This document shows, piece after piece, positions 1-11,561 of a stretch of 64,000 nucleotides of DNA. Under the pieces are notes generated by a model. It was given only the letters and a program-made list of their open reading frames with translations, had not been told where the DNA came from and ran no database searches. Location of the stretch: the NCBI GenBank assembly GCA_963827475.1, contig CAWHAZ010000005.1:544001-608000 (forward strand), in the 5' to 3' direction. The number at the start of each line of letters is the position of its first letter. Positions within the stretch are counted from its first letter, which is position 1. A program made the position numbers and the translations under genes. Source of the stretch: an uncultured Chloroflexia bacterium. GTDB taxonomy: Bacteria; Chloroflexota; Limnocylindria; QHBO01.

Positions 1-2
1 TG

Positions 3-1379
3 GGCATCGCGTCACTCGAGGACCTGCGCGTGGCGGCGGAGGCCGGCCGGGTCCGCACCGTGTCGGGGATGTCCGCCCGGACCGAGCAGAACATCCTCGA
101 GGGGATCGCCCGGCTGGACCGGGTGTCGGACCAGCGGCTCCTCCTTCACGAGGCCGATCGGGTGGCGAACGAGCTCATCGCCGCCCTGCGCGAGGTCAAG
201 GGCGTGTCCCGGATCGAGGCTGCCGGGTCGCTCCGCCGGCGGCGGGCCACCATCGGCGACCTCGACCTGCTGGCCGCCAGCACCAGGCCGGCGGACCTGG
301 TGGCCGCGTTCGAGGGGCTGGAAACCGTGTCGCGGGTCGTGGCGTCGGGAACGGACAAGGCCAGCATCGTCCTCGCGGCCGACGGCGACCGCCAGGTGGA
401 CCTCATGCTGTGCCGCCCCGAGGCATGGGGCACCCACCTCGTCCACTTCACCGGCAGCAAGGAGCACAACGTGGCGCTCCGCGAACGGGCCCTGGATCGC
501 GGCCTGTCCCTCAGCGAGAAGGGATTCCGGGACGTGGACAGCGGGGAGCTGCTGCTCGCCGCCGACGAGGAGGAGGTCTACGCCCGGGTGGACCTGCCGT
601 GGATCGCGCCGGAGCTGCGCGAGGGAGAGGGCGAGATCGCGGCCGCGGTGTCCGACCACCTGCCCCGCCTCGTGGAGCGGGCCGACGTGCGCGGCGACAC
701 CCATACCCATTCGGACTGGACCGATGGCGTGGACACCATCGAGACCATGGCCCGCGCGGCACGCGACCGTGGGCTGGAGTACATGGTCCTGACCGATCAC
801 TCGCCGTCGCTGGGCGTGACCCGGGGCCTGACCCCGGATCGGATCGTGGAGCAGAAGGTCGAGCTGGATCGGCTCAACGCCGAGCTTGCCCCGTTCCGGA
901 TCCTGCACGGCACCGAGCTCGAGATCCGCTCCGATGGCTCACTGGACTACCCCGACGAGCTGCTCGCCACCTTCGACGTGGTGGTGGCCAGCATCCATAC
1001 CGGCCGCAGCCAGCCCACGGAGCAGCTGACCCGACGCGCCCTGTCGGCCATCGAGAACCCCCACGTCGACATCATTGCCCACCCCACCGGGCGGATCGTG
1101 AACCGCCGCGACCCGGTGTCGTACGACTGGCCGCAGGTGTTCGAGGCGGCGGCCCGGACCGGGACGCGGCTCGAGATCAACGGCAGCCCCCGGCTCGACC
1201 TCGACGAGCGGCTGGCGCGGGACGCGGCGCGGGCCGGCGTCCAGCTCACCCTCGCCAGCGACGCGCACCGCACCGAGGAGCTGGTGTACCTCGACTACGC
1301 GGTGGGCGTCGCGCGGCGGGCCTGGCTCGAGCCGGAACAGGTCGCCAACGTGGTGGGCGCCGAGGAATGGCGCCGATGA
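3..1379 (+). CDS. polX: DNA polymerase X family / PHP-domain 3'-5' exonuclease (5' truncated by window edge)
   Basis: AGSLRR..TIGDLD and HFTGSKEHN PolX motifs, then PHP motifs HTHSDWTDG, TDHS, AHPTGR, SDAH; frame is open from position 3. Confidence 0.95.
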   Translation, partial: GIASLEDLRVAAEAGRVRTVSGMSARTEQNILEGIARLDRVSDQRLLLHEADRVANELIAALREVKGVSRIEAAGSLRRRRATIGDLDLLAASTRPADLVAAFEGLETVSRVVASGTDKASIVLAADGDRQVDLMLCRPEAWGTHLVHFTGSKEHNVALRERALDRGLSLSEKGFRDVDSGELLLAADEEEVYARVDLPWIAPELREGEGEIAAAVSDHLPRLVERADVRGDTHTHSDWTDGVDTIETMARAARDRGLEYMVLTDHSPSLGVTRGLTPDRIVEQKVELDRLNAELAPFRILHGTELEIRSDGSLDYPDELLATFDVVVASIHTGRSQPTEQLTRRALSAIENPHVDIIAHPTGRIVNRRDPVSYDWPQVFEAAARTGTRLEINGSPRLDLDERLARDAARAGVQLTLASDAHRTEELVYLDYAVGVARRAWLEPEQVANVVGAEEWRR

Positions 1380-2165
1380 GCGTCGTCGTCGACGGCCGGC
1401 GCCTCATCCGCAGCTGGCGCGTGCTCGGCTCGCGAGCGATGAAACGGGCCGGACCCGTCGTCCTGCCGCTGCTGATGGCCGCCCTGGTGGCCGCCGGCTG
1501 GTCGGTCGACATGGTCGCCCTTGCCGCGGTCGTTGCCCTCGAGCTCGCCCTCGCCGGTCTGGGCACCGCCGCCCTGCTGGGCGCGGCGAGCCCGAACACC
1601 GGCTACGCGCGGTACGCGATCTTTGCGGTGACCGCGGTGTCGGTCACGCTCGCCGGGCGGCTCCTGCCGCCCGGCATCGGTCCGCTTGCCGCGCCGCTGG
1701 CATGGGCGTTCCTGTTCTGGGTCCTGTACATCGAGCGCCACGGCCCGGCGATGCCCGGCTATCGCCTGTCGCTGGACGTCACCCTGGTCCTCACCGTGTT
1801 CTCGGCCACGGCCGGGATGGGCGGGCTCCTGCCCGCGGAGCTGTGGCTGCTCGGGCTGATCCTGTTGGGCGCGCTGGTCGCCGTCCCGTGCCTGCGCGCG
1901 GCGGAGGCCCGCGGGGCCCTGGGCGCCACCGCCGTGGGCCACGCCCTGCTCCATCTGCTCGTCGTGCTCCAGGTGGCGACCGCCATGATGCTGCTCGAGC
2001 TGCCGTCGCCGGTCGGGCCGGCGCTGGTGGCGCTCACCTTCCATTCGTGGAGCGGCGCCGCCGACGCGCTGGAGTCGGGCGTCTCGAACCGGGCCGTCGA
2101 TCCTGGAGTACGGCTCGCTGGCGGCCATCGGCGCGATCGTGGCCCTCTTCCTGAGCGGCACCTGA
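1376..2165 (+). CDS. multi-pass membrane protein (DUF5656-like); apparent frameshift near 2100
   Basis: ATG at 1376 overlaps the polX TGA; many hydrophobic helices; hydrophobic tail ILEYGSLAAIGAIVALFLSGT* continues in another frame to TGA 2165. Confidence 0.6.
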
Positions 2166-2191
2166 GCGGCGCGCGACTCGGCTCGTTTTCG

Positions 2192-2221
2192 TTGACACCG
2201 TGCGGCGCTGGGTGATACAAA
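2192..2221 (+). promoter_or_regulatory. putative sigma70-type promoter for TPR/MTase-like genes
   Basis: TTGACA at 2192-2197 followed 18 nt later by TACAAA. Confidence 0.4.
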
Positions 2222-2301
2222 CTGTCGCCCTCCGACGGTTCCGCAGGCCGCACGCGGCGCCGTTCGCCCACTGACCACGCCGCGGGGAGATTCGCGCGCC
2301 C

Positions 2302-3129
2302 ATGACCGCCGGGGATCCTGACGACAATATCCGTGAGCGCCGCCAGCTGGCGGAGATCGCCGTGGCTCACGCTGCCCGCGGGGAGTGGGAAGCCGCCGCC
2401 GAGACGAACCGCCAGCTCATCGAGCTGGGCGGCGACGTGGACGCCTACAACCGGCTGGGCAAGGCACTGTCCGAGCTCGACCGGCACGCCGAGGCGCTGG
2501 AGGCCTACCAATCGGCCCTCGAGAAGGACAAGCTGAACCGCATCGCGGAGCGGAACATCGAGCGGCTGGAGGCGCTGCTCACCTCGGCCGAAGGGCCGCG
2601 CGGCGACCGGCATGCGACTCGTGCCCCTGCCGCGCTGTTCATCGAGGAGATGGGCAAGACCGGCAGCGCGCGGCTCATCAACCTCGCCTCGGCGAAGCAG
2701 CTGGCGCCCCTGTCGGCGGGCGACGCGATCGAGCTGAAGGCGGCGGACGGCGAGCTGGAGGCGCGGGTGCGCGGGATCAAGGTCGGCCAGGTCGAGCCGC
2801 GGGTGGCGAACCGGCTGCTGGAGCTGATGGCCAACGGCAATCGGTACGAGGCGGCCCTGACCCACGTCCAGGACGAGGACCTGCGGCTGATCATCCGCGA
2901 GACGTTCGCGGACCCATCGAACTTCGGGAAAGTCTCGTTCCCCGGAGCGGCGGCGGGACGGAGCAGTGACGTCCGACCGTACATGAAGGGCAGTGCCCTC
3001 CGGTACGATGACGAAGAAGAGTCGGAGGAGTCCGAAGAGGAGCCGGAGGAGGTCGAGGAGCTCGACACCACCCTGCCGGAGCTCTCGAGCGAGCCCGATG
3101 AGGAAGAGGAACTGCTCGAAGAGACCTGA
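2302..3129 (+). CDS. tetratricopeptide-repeat protein with HIRAN-like beta domain and acidic C-terminal tail
   Basis: N-terminal TPR helices (DAYNRLGKAL..EALEAYQSALE), central 'IKVGQVEPRVANRLLELM..G..YEA' HIRAN-like segment, Glu/Asp-rich tail. Confidence 0.75.
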   Translation: MTAGDPDDNIRERRQLAEIAVAHAARGEWEAAAETNRQLIELGGDVDAYNRLGKALSELDRHAEALEAYQSALEKDKLNRIAERNIERLEALLTSAEGPRGDRHATRAPAALFIEEMGKTGSARLINLASAKQLAPLSAGDAIELKAADGELEARVRGIKVGQVEPRVANRLLELMANGNRYEAALTHVQDEDLRLIIRETFADPSNFGKVSFPGAAAGRSSDVRPYMKGSALRYDDEEESEESEEEPEEVEELDTTLPELSSEPDEEEELLEET

Positions 3130-3134
3130 CCACC

Positions 3135-5972
3135 ATGACCGAGGGCGCCCTCGAACGGAAGAGACTGGACCACGTCGTTCTTCCGCGGCGTCTCCCGGGC
3201 CTGGCGCTGCTCGAGCGCTACTTCCCCTCCCCCGCGGATAACGTCCTCGACGCCGAGCTGGCGTCCTTCGCCGCATCCGGCGACACCGTCCTCGACCCGT
3301 GGTCGGGCACCGGCTGGACGGCCCGGCGCGCGGTGTCGCACGGGATGCGGGTCGTCGCCGCCGAGGCCAGCCCCTTCGCCCAGATGGCGGCCCAGGCGTT
3401 CCTGCTCGCGCCTGAAGTGGCGGCCGTCGACGCCGCGTTCGCCCAGCTCAGCGCCTCGCGTCGGGTGGACATCCCGCTCCGCCAGCACATCGAGGAGCTG
3501 TACGCGTCCCGCTGCCCCGCCTGCAACCGTCCGGTGCTGGTCGAGGAGTTCATCTGGCCCCGGGACGGGGACGCGCCGGGTCGCAAGGTTTACCGATGCA
3601 CCGCCTGCGACATCTCGCTGGGCGGTCCCGACGAGCGGGTCGCGGCGGTGGACGAGGCCGATTACGCCAAGCTCGGGCTGGAGCCGCCCGCGCCGGCCGC
3701 CGAGTCTCCCGCGGTCGAGCCCGCTGCCGACGCCGACGAGGACCTGCCGCCCGCGCCCTTCGGGTTGATCGGTGACCCGCTCCCCGACGATGAGCCACCA
3801 CCCCTCGCGCCGATGGGTGAGCCCGGCGGGCCGCCTCCGCCTCCGGCCCGGCTGCCCGATCCACCGGTCTCGCTCGCGTCGGAGGAGGGCCCGCGCTACG
3901 CATCCACCGTCCGCCCGACACCGATCCCGGCTCCGGTCGGGACCGATCCCCGCCAGGGCCTCGCCTACCAGCAGCTGCAGGACCGCTTCCCCGTGCTCGA
4001 CGACCGGCAGGAGGTGGTGGACGAGCTGCTCGACCTGTACACGTCGCGCAACCTGTATGCCCTGCAGGCCATCGCCAACAAGATCGACGCGGAGTTCCGC
4101 GACCAGCCCCTGGCCGCCGTGTTCCGGCTGGCGCTGGCCGGCTGCCTGCTCCCCGCCAGCCGGCTGAATGGGTATCCGGGGCGCGTGGCGTCGCTTCGGA
4201 TCAGCGGCGGCCACGTCCGACAGCCAGCCTCGCGACACCACCGCGAGGTCAATGTCTGGCGCCTGTTCGAGGCCTCCTACCAGGACGTGCGGACCGCCCT
4301 GGCGGCCCTCGGCCGCGACCGGCGGCCGGTGCGGTTCGCCGCCGACCTCGACGAGCTGGGGGGCATGGCCGCCGCCAACCTGCTGTGGATCCGCTGCCGC
4401 CCCGCGGTCGTCGGCCAGTACCTGCCGCCGGAGAGCATCGACCTGGTCATCGGTGCGCCGCCGCCGCCGGAGTCGGTGGACGAGCTGTCGTTCGAGTACC
4501 TCGCCACCGCATGGCTGCTCGGCCGGGAAGCGGCCGAGACCCTGCGCCTGGAGCCGCTGTTCGGCGGCGGGTCACGGGCCGATGGGGCGGAGGTGACCGC
4601 CTTCCGCCACGCGCTCGCTTCTGCCGCGGGAGCGCTGAAGCCGGGCGGCTGGTTCTCCGTCCTGCTCGAGGGGGACGATCCGGACCGGGTGCTGGCGGTG
4701 GCGATGGCCGGGGCCGCGGCCGACCTGGAGCTCGTCCACGCCATTCCCCGCGAGTCCGCGCGGTCCGGTGACGCGGTCACGCTCCACTTCCGCCGGGCCT
4801 CGGCGGAAGACCGGCTGCGCGACGCGGTGCGGCCGCGTCCGCTGCGGCTGGGGGCGAGCGACGGCCACCTGACCTATCCCGAGCTGGCCGGGGCGATCGA
4901 GAAGGCCACGGTCACGCTCCTCCGCGATCGGGGCGAGCCGGCGGGGCTGAGCCGGATCGCCTGCGCGGTGCTCCTCGAGCTCGAGCGGACGGGCCTCCTC
5001 CGCCGCCTGGTCCAGGCCCGGCCACCCGGCGAGGGGGAGGACGACGAGGCCGCCGGCGGGGAGGTGGTGACCGACCGCGTCGAGCGCGGCGGCCCCGCCC
5101 TGCTCGCCGTCCTCCTGCGCGAGGAGCTGTGGCGCGAGGACCACCCCACCCTGCTGCGCGTCGGCGATCCGCAGAACCCCGGCTGGTGGCTGCGCGAGCC
5201 GGAGCTGGCGGCGGACGGTCCGCTGGCCGACCGCGTGGAGTGGGCGACCTTCTCCCTGCTCACGACCGCCGGCCGGCTGGACGAGTCCTCCTTCCTCGAC
5301 CGGATCTTCGCCCTCTTCCCGGGGATTGCCTCGCCCGACGAGGAGCTGGTCCGCGCCTGCCTGGGTGCCTATGCGCAGGTGGACGATCGTGGGCAGCTGC
5401 ACCACGAGGAGGACCTCGCGGTTCGCGTCGCGGACCACACCCGGGTGCTGGCCGCGATCATCGAGTTCGGCCACCGCCTGGGCCTGCGGGCCTGGGTCAG
5501 CCGCCGCGAGCAGGAGCGGCCGTGGCAGCAGGCCACGCTGGGCGACCTCCTCAAGGAGGACGAGCGACGCACCTACCTGCCGCTCGTCATCCGGGCCCCG
5601 GCCGAGGTGCTGGGCGCGGTCGACGGGCTGTGGTACGTCCGCAACCGGTCCTCTTACCTGTTCGAGGTGGAATGGACCGCGATGCTGGGCGAGGCCGTGC
5701 TCCGGCGCGGCTCGCAGGTCCCCACCTCCGACCAGCAGGCTCGCTTCCTCGTCATCCCGGCCGAGCGGACGGACCTGCTCCGCCTGAAGCTCGCCCGCTC
5801 CCCGTGGGCGCGAACCGAGATCGAGCGCCAGAACTGGCACGTCCTGAAGTGGCCGCATCTCGAGGCACTGGTCGCCCGCGAGGGGGCGCGAATCGAATGG
5901 CTCGAGCCGATGATCGGCCTCGACCCGCTGGTCGAGCGAGGCGGCAAGCAGCTCACCATGTTCGGGGAATAG
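3135..5972 (+). CDS. DNA methyltransferase-like protein with Zn ribbon and C-terminal PD-(D/E)xK-like domain; catalytic motifs degenerate
   Basis: VLDPWSGTG (SAM-binding motif I-like), CPAC/CTAC Zn ribbon, IDLVIGAPPP where DPPY is expected, ALKPGG, C-terminal VDGLW..FEVE. Confidence 0.7.
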   Translation: MTEGALERKRLDHVVLPRRLPGLALLERYFPSPADNVLDAELASFAASGDTVLDPWSGTGWTARRAVSHGMRVVAAEASPFAQMAAQAFLLAPEVAAVDAAFAQLSASRRVDIPLRQHIEELYASRCPACNRPVLVEEFIWPRDGDAPGRKVYRCTACDISLGGPDERVAAVDEADYAKLGLEPPAPAAESPAVEPAADADEDLPPAPFGLIGDPLPDDEPPPLAPMGEPGGPPPPPARLPDPPVSLASEEGPRYASTVRPTPIPAPVGTDPRQGLAYQQLQDRFPVLDDRQEVVDELLDLYTSRNLYALQAIANKIDAEFRDQPLAAVFRLALAGCLLPASRLNGYPGRVASLRISGGHVRQPASRHHREVNVWRLFEASYQDVRTALAALGRDRRPVRFAADLDELGGMAAANLLWIRCRPAVVGQYLPPESIDLVIGAPPPPESVDELSFEYLATAWLLGREAAETLRLEPLFGGGSRADGAEVTAFRHALASAAGALKPGGWFSVLLEGDDPDRVLAVAMAGAAADLELVHAIPRESARSGDAVTLHFRRASAEDRLRDAVRPRPLRLGASDGHLTYPELAGAIEKATVTLLRDRGEPAGLSRIACAVLLELERTGLLRRLVQARPPGEGEDDEAAGGEVVTDRVERGGPALLAVLLREELWREDHPTLLRVGDPQNPGWWLREPELAADGPLADRVEWATFSLLTTAGRLDESSFLDRIFALFPGIASPDEELVRACLGAYAQVDDRGQLHHEEDLAVRVADHTRVLAAIIEFGHRLGLRAWVSRREQERPWQQATLGDLLKEDERRTYLPLVIRAPAEVLGAVDGLWYVRNRSSYLFEVEWTAMLGEAVLRRGSQVPTSDQQARFLVIPAERTDLLRLKLARSPWARTEIERQNWHVLKWPHLEALVAREGARIEWLEPMIGLDPLVERGGKQLTMFGE

Positions 5973-6007
5973 CCCCGCGCTTGACGGGCGTTCGTATAGT
6001 CGGGTCC

Positions 6008-6040
6008 GGGAGTGCCGTGGTTCCCCCCTGCGGCACTCCC
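6008..6040 (+). ncRNA. candidate small hairpin RNA or bidirectional terminator
   Basis: GGGAGTGCCGTGG-TTCCCCC-CTGCGGCACTCCC 13-bp stem (2 G-U pairs) starting 7 nt after TATAGT (5995-6000); lies between convergent genes. Confidence 0.35.
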
Positions 6041-6059
6041 ACTGCGCTGTCGGCGCAGG

Positions 6060-6422
6060 TCAGGCCGTTCGGCTCGCCCTCCGACCGGGGAGCGCGCGAC
6101 GCCGGCTCGGGCGTCCCACCGCCCGGCGCACGACCTGCATGACCTCCTCGACGTAGGGCTGCCCCTGCCCGCTGTCGATGGCGTGGGCCAGGCAGCCGTC
6201 GATGTGGTCCTCGAGCACCAGCATCGCGACTCCATCCGCGGCCGCGGTCATGGCCTCGACCTGCTGGAGGATGTCGAGACAGTAGGCCTCGTTCTCGACC
6301 AGTCGCTGAAGGCCGCGGGCCTGGCCTTCGATCCGGCGCAGGCGGTTCAGGAGCTCCTTCCGGTCGCGGGTGTAGCTGTGTCGAAAGTGGGCGGCACCAG
6401 TCGCGGAATCGTGCGTGTCCAT
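6060..6422 (-). CDS. csoR: CsoR/RcnR family metal-sensing transcriptional repressor
   Basis: [28 protein letters not shown] and HIDGC (C-H-C Cu ligand pattern). Confidence 0.9.
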   Translation of the reverse strand: MDTHDSATGAAHFRHSYTRDRKELLNRLRRIEGQARGLQRLVENEAYCLDILQQVEAMTAAADGVAMLVLEDHIDGCLAHAIDSGQGQPYVEEVMQVVRRAVGRPSRRRALPGRRASRTA

Positions 6423-6438
6423 ACTCCGGGGCAGTATG
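6420..6438. promoter_or_regulatory. CsoR-type operator overlapping the csoR start codon
   Basis: CATAC-TCCGGGGCA-GTATG: TAC/GTA inverted repeat flanking a C/G tract, the known CsoR operator architecture. Confidence 0.65.
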
Positions 6439-6490
6439 CGCGGGGGTCCGCGCATCGGTCAACGCGGGAGGCTGCCGATACGATGCCGGC

Positions 6491-8571
<2,081 letters not shown>

Positions 8572-8575
<4 letters not shown>

Positions 8576-8985
8576 CCCGGCAGGAACGAGAGCCGGACCC
8601 GCCGATCGCCCCGGTCGGCATTCGGGTCCAGCAGGGCGATCGACTGCCAGGTGCCCAGCGCGAGGCGACCGCCGAGCACCGGCACCGCGAGCGACGGGGA
8701 AGCCAGCAGGGGCAGGACGTGGTCCGCGCCGTGTCCCGCCGAGCCGTGCTGGTGTCGCCATCGGTCGTCGCGGGGGAGCAGGCGGTCGAGCGCCTCGACG
8801 ATGTCCTCGTCGGAGCCGCTGCCGAGCTCCATCACCACCAGGCCGGCCGTGGCATGGGGCGCGAACAGGTGGAGGATGCCGTCGCCGCCGCCCGCCACCG
8901 ATGCGACGAAATCCGCGCATGCAGCGGTCAGGTCATGGACGCCGCGCCGGCCACCGGTCTGGACGGGAATCTCGAGACTCTCCAC
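8572..8985 (-). CDS. yjbQ: YjbQ/UPF0047 family protein
   Basis: PHATAG, H.HG..GH..DH, LGTWQ motifs. Confidence 0.9.
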
Positions 8986-9019
8986 GGACCGAGCCTATCG
9001 CGTGTACGATCCGCCGTCG

Positions 9020-10004
9020 ATGCCGCCCCGTCCGTCCCGTCCGACTCGGCTCCGGCTCCTGACCCTCGGCCTGACCGTGGCCCTGGGTGGCTGCGCGCTG
9101 TTCTCGCCCAGTCCGACGCCGAGCCCCACCCCCGAGCCCACGCCGACTGCGGTGCCGACCCCGCGCCCGACGCCCGAACTTCTCGCCGACCCCCGGCCCG
9201 ACCGCTACCCCCGAAGCGCAGAACCCGGCGCTGCTCGGCCGGCGGATCACCGTCCTGTTCGCCGGCAGCGACTCGACCCCGGATCGGGTGGCGAACGGCT
9301 ACGGCCCGCTGACCGACTCCATGGTCGTGGCCTCGATCAGCGCCGACCGGACCCAGCTGGCGATGGTCGCCCTGCCGCGGGACGTGGTGGACCTTCCGCT
9401 CGGCAACGGCGCGACGTGGCGGCTGAAGGCCAACGCGATCCGCTTCTCCTACGGGATGGAGGGTCTGCAGCGGGCGCTGTCGACGACCTACGGCGTGCCG
9501 ATCGACTATTGGATCGAGCTGAACATGCCGGACTTCCCGGCGCTGGTGGATGCGCTCGGTGGGCTGTGGATCAACGTCCCGTACGCGATCAACGACGGCC
9601 AGATCGGCTTGAGCATCCAGCCGGGCTGGCAGCGCATCGACGGGGCCACGGCCCTCAGCTATGCCCGGACGCGCTACACCGACAGCGACTACGCCCGCGC
9701 CGGACGGCAGATGCAGCTTCTGGTGGCCCTCGCCCACCGAGTGAGTCTCCTCGACGAGCGCTTCGACCTGCCCGCCGTCCTGGCCCTGCTCACCACCCTG
9801 CGCACGAACGTGCCGCTGACCGATCTGCCGACCCTCCTCCAGATCGTCGGCCAGTCCGCCGGGGCCACGGTGACGGCGACCGTCCTCCAGCCGCCCAGGT
9901 TCTCGCTGTTCACCGGCATCGAACCGGGGACGGGTCGGGGGTACGTCCAGATCGCGAACGTGGCCCAGATGCGGGCCTACGTCCAGTCGCTGATGGCGAA
10001 CTGA
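9020..10004 (+). CDS. LCP (LytR-CpsA-Psr) family lipoprotein; frameshift near 9177
   Basis: lipobox-like ALGGC plus PT-rich linker in one frame, then GSDS, TDSM, LPRD, YARTR..DSDYARAGRQ in another. Confidence 0.85.
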
Positions 10005-10020
10005 GGGCTGAGCGAGCTCG

Positions 10021-10389
10021 CTACTGGCGCGTCCCGCAGTTGAAGCACACGGCATCCACCGCGCCGATCCGGGTCTGGCAGGTCTGGCAGTCCCGCGCGA
10101 GATCTGCCTCGCAGCGGACGCAGTAGGCGGCCCCCGGGGGGTGGACGAGCCCGTCCACGGGGCAGTAGGGCGCACCGGCGGGAAGGGACACCGATCCAGC
10201 CGCCTCGGGCGGGACCACCTCGCCGGCGACCGCCTCGGCCTCGATTCCGCGCTGTGACGCCCGCAGGTAGCCGATCAGCAGGTAGACCACGAACAGGCCG
10301 AGGGCGGCAACGAGGGCAAGCGGGACGAGGATCGTCAGTCGCTCTCCCCAGCCGGTGGCGAGCGACTCGATCAGCTCCTTGAGGTCCAT
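10021..10389 (-). CDS. membrane-anchored double zinc-ribbon protein
   Basis: one TM helix then CPVD, CVRC, CQTC, CFNCG. Confidence 0.75.
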   Translation of the reverse strand: MDLKELIESLATGWGERLTILVPLALVAALGLFVVYLLIGYLRASQRGIEAEAVAGEVVPPEAAGSVSLPAGAPYCPVDGLVHPPGAAYCVRCEADLARDCQTCQTRIGAVDAVCFNCGTRQ

Positions 10390-10466
10390 CGGTCACCGAT
10401 TCTAGCGCGGCGCCCCCCGCCGGAGACCGCTGCTACACTCCGCCAAAGCCCGTAGCCGGTGGCAGT

Positions 10467-11543
10467 TTGGCCCGACCCCGGATCGACCCTCGCACGCCGC
10501 TCAGCGAGCTCCACGTGCACCTCGGAGCGGCAGTCACCCCGGCCATCATGTGGGGCATCGCCCACGCGCAGGGGATCCGGCTCCCGACCAAGGACTACTG
10601 GGCCTTCCGCGAGCTGATCACCCTCGGCCGCCGGCGACGCCGGACGTTCGACGGCTACCTCGACCTGTTCTACTGGACCGAGCTCATCCAGTCGAGCCCG
10701 ATCGCCGTCGAGCGCAGCGTGTACGAGGTCATCGGTGGGGCGTATCGGCGCAGCAACATCACCCGCCTGGAGCTGCGCTTCAACCCGATGAAGCGCAACC
10801 GGGGCGGGGAGCAGGACCTCGACCACATCATCGCCGCCGCCGTGCGGGGCATGGACCGCGCGATCCTGGAGTACCCGCAGGTCCAGGCCGGGCTCATCTT
10901 CTGCCTCGACCGCGCGTTCAGCCGCGAGCTGAACGAGATCCTCGCCGCGAAGGCGATCAGCTGGCATGCCCGCGGCGTGGTCGGGATCGACATCGCGGGG
11001 CCGGTGGTGCCCGGATTCCGGTTCGCGGACTACCGCGACGCGGTCGATGAGTGCCGCCGGGCGGGGCTCGGCATCACCGTCCATGCGGGGGAGACGGGAG
11101 GAGCGGACGAGGTCGAGGAGGCGGTCACCGCGCTTGATCCGGCGCGCATCGGTCATGGCATCCGCTCCGCGACCGATCCTCGGGTCATGGACATGCTCCG
11201 CGAGCGGGGCATCGTGCTCGAGATCTGCCCTTCGTCGAACCTCAGCACCGGGGTCGTTCGCGACCTGGCCGAGATGCGGGCCCACCTCGGTGCGCTGGTC
11301 GAGCACGAGGTGCCGTTCACCCTGTCGACCGATGGGCCGGAGATCCTCGGCCGCTACCTGCGCGACGAGTTCGCGCTGGTCCTCGGCCGCGACATGCTGA
11401 CCCTTGACCAGGTCGAGCACGCGATCGAGACCGGGCATCGGGCGAGCTTCGTCGAGCGAGTTCCGGCCGCCGAGCGTGTCCCGGCCGCTCGCCATCGAGG
11501 GCGCGATTCGTCGGCCCGGGTGGCCCTCGAAGTCGAGGTCTGA
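10467..11543 (+). CDS. adenosine deaminase family protein (divergent)
   Basis: ELHVHL, VHAGE, RIGHG, EICPSSN, STDGP; TTG start. Confidence 0.9.
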   Translation: MARPRIDPRTPLSELHVHLGAAVTPAIMWGIAHAQGIRLPTKDYWAFRELITLGRRRRRTFDGYLDLFYWTELIQSSPIAVERSVYEVIGGAYRRSNITRLELRFNPMKRNRGGEQDLDHIIAAAVRGMDRAILEYPQVQAGLIFCLDRAFSRELNEILAAKAISWHARGVVGIDIAGPVVPGFRFADYRDAVDECRRAGLGITVHAGETGGADEVEEAVTALDPARIGHGIRSATDPRVMDMLRERGIVLEICPSSNLSTGVVRDLAEMRAHLGALVEHEVPFTLSTDGPEILGRYLRDEFALVLGRDMLTLDQVEHAIETGHRASFVERVPAAERVPAARHRGRDSSARVALEVEV

Positions 11544-11561
11544 ACCTGTAGACTCGGCGCC

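Noticed and set aside
5981-6000. TTGACG and TATAGT as a -35/-10 pair
   Set aside because: Spacer is only 8 bp; only the -10-like hexamer was kept as evidence
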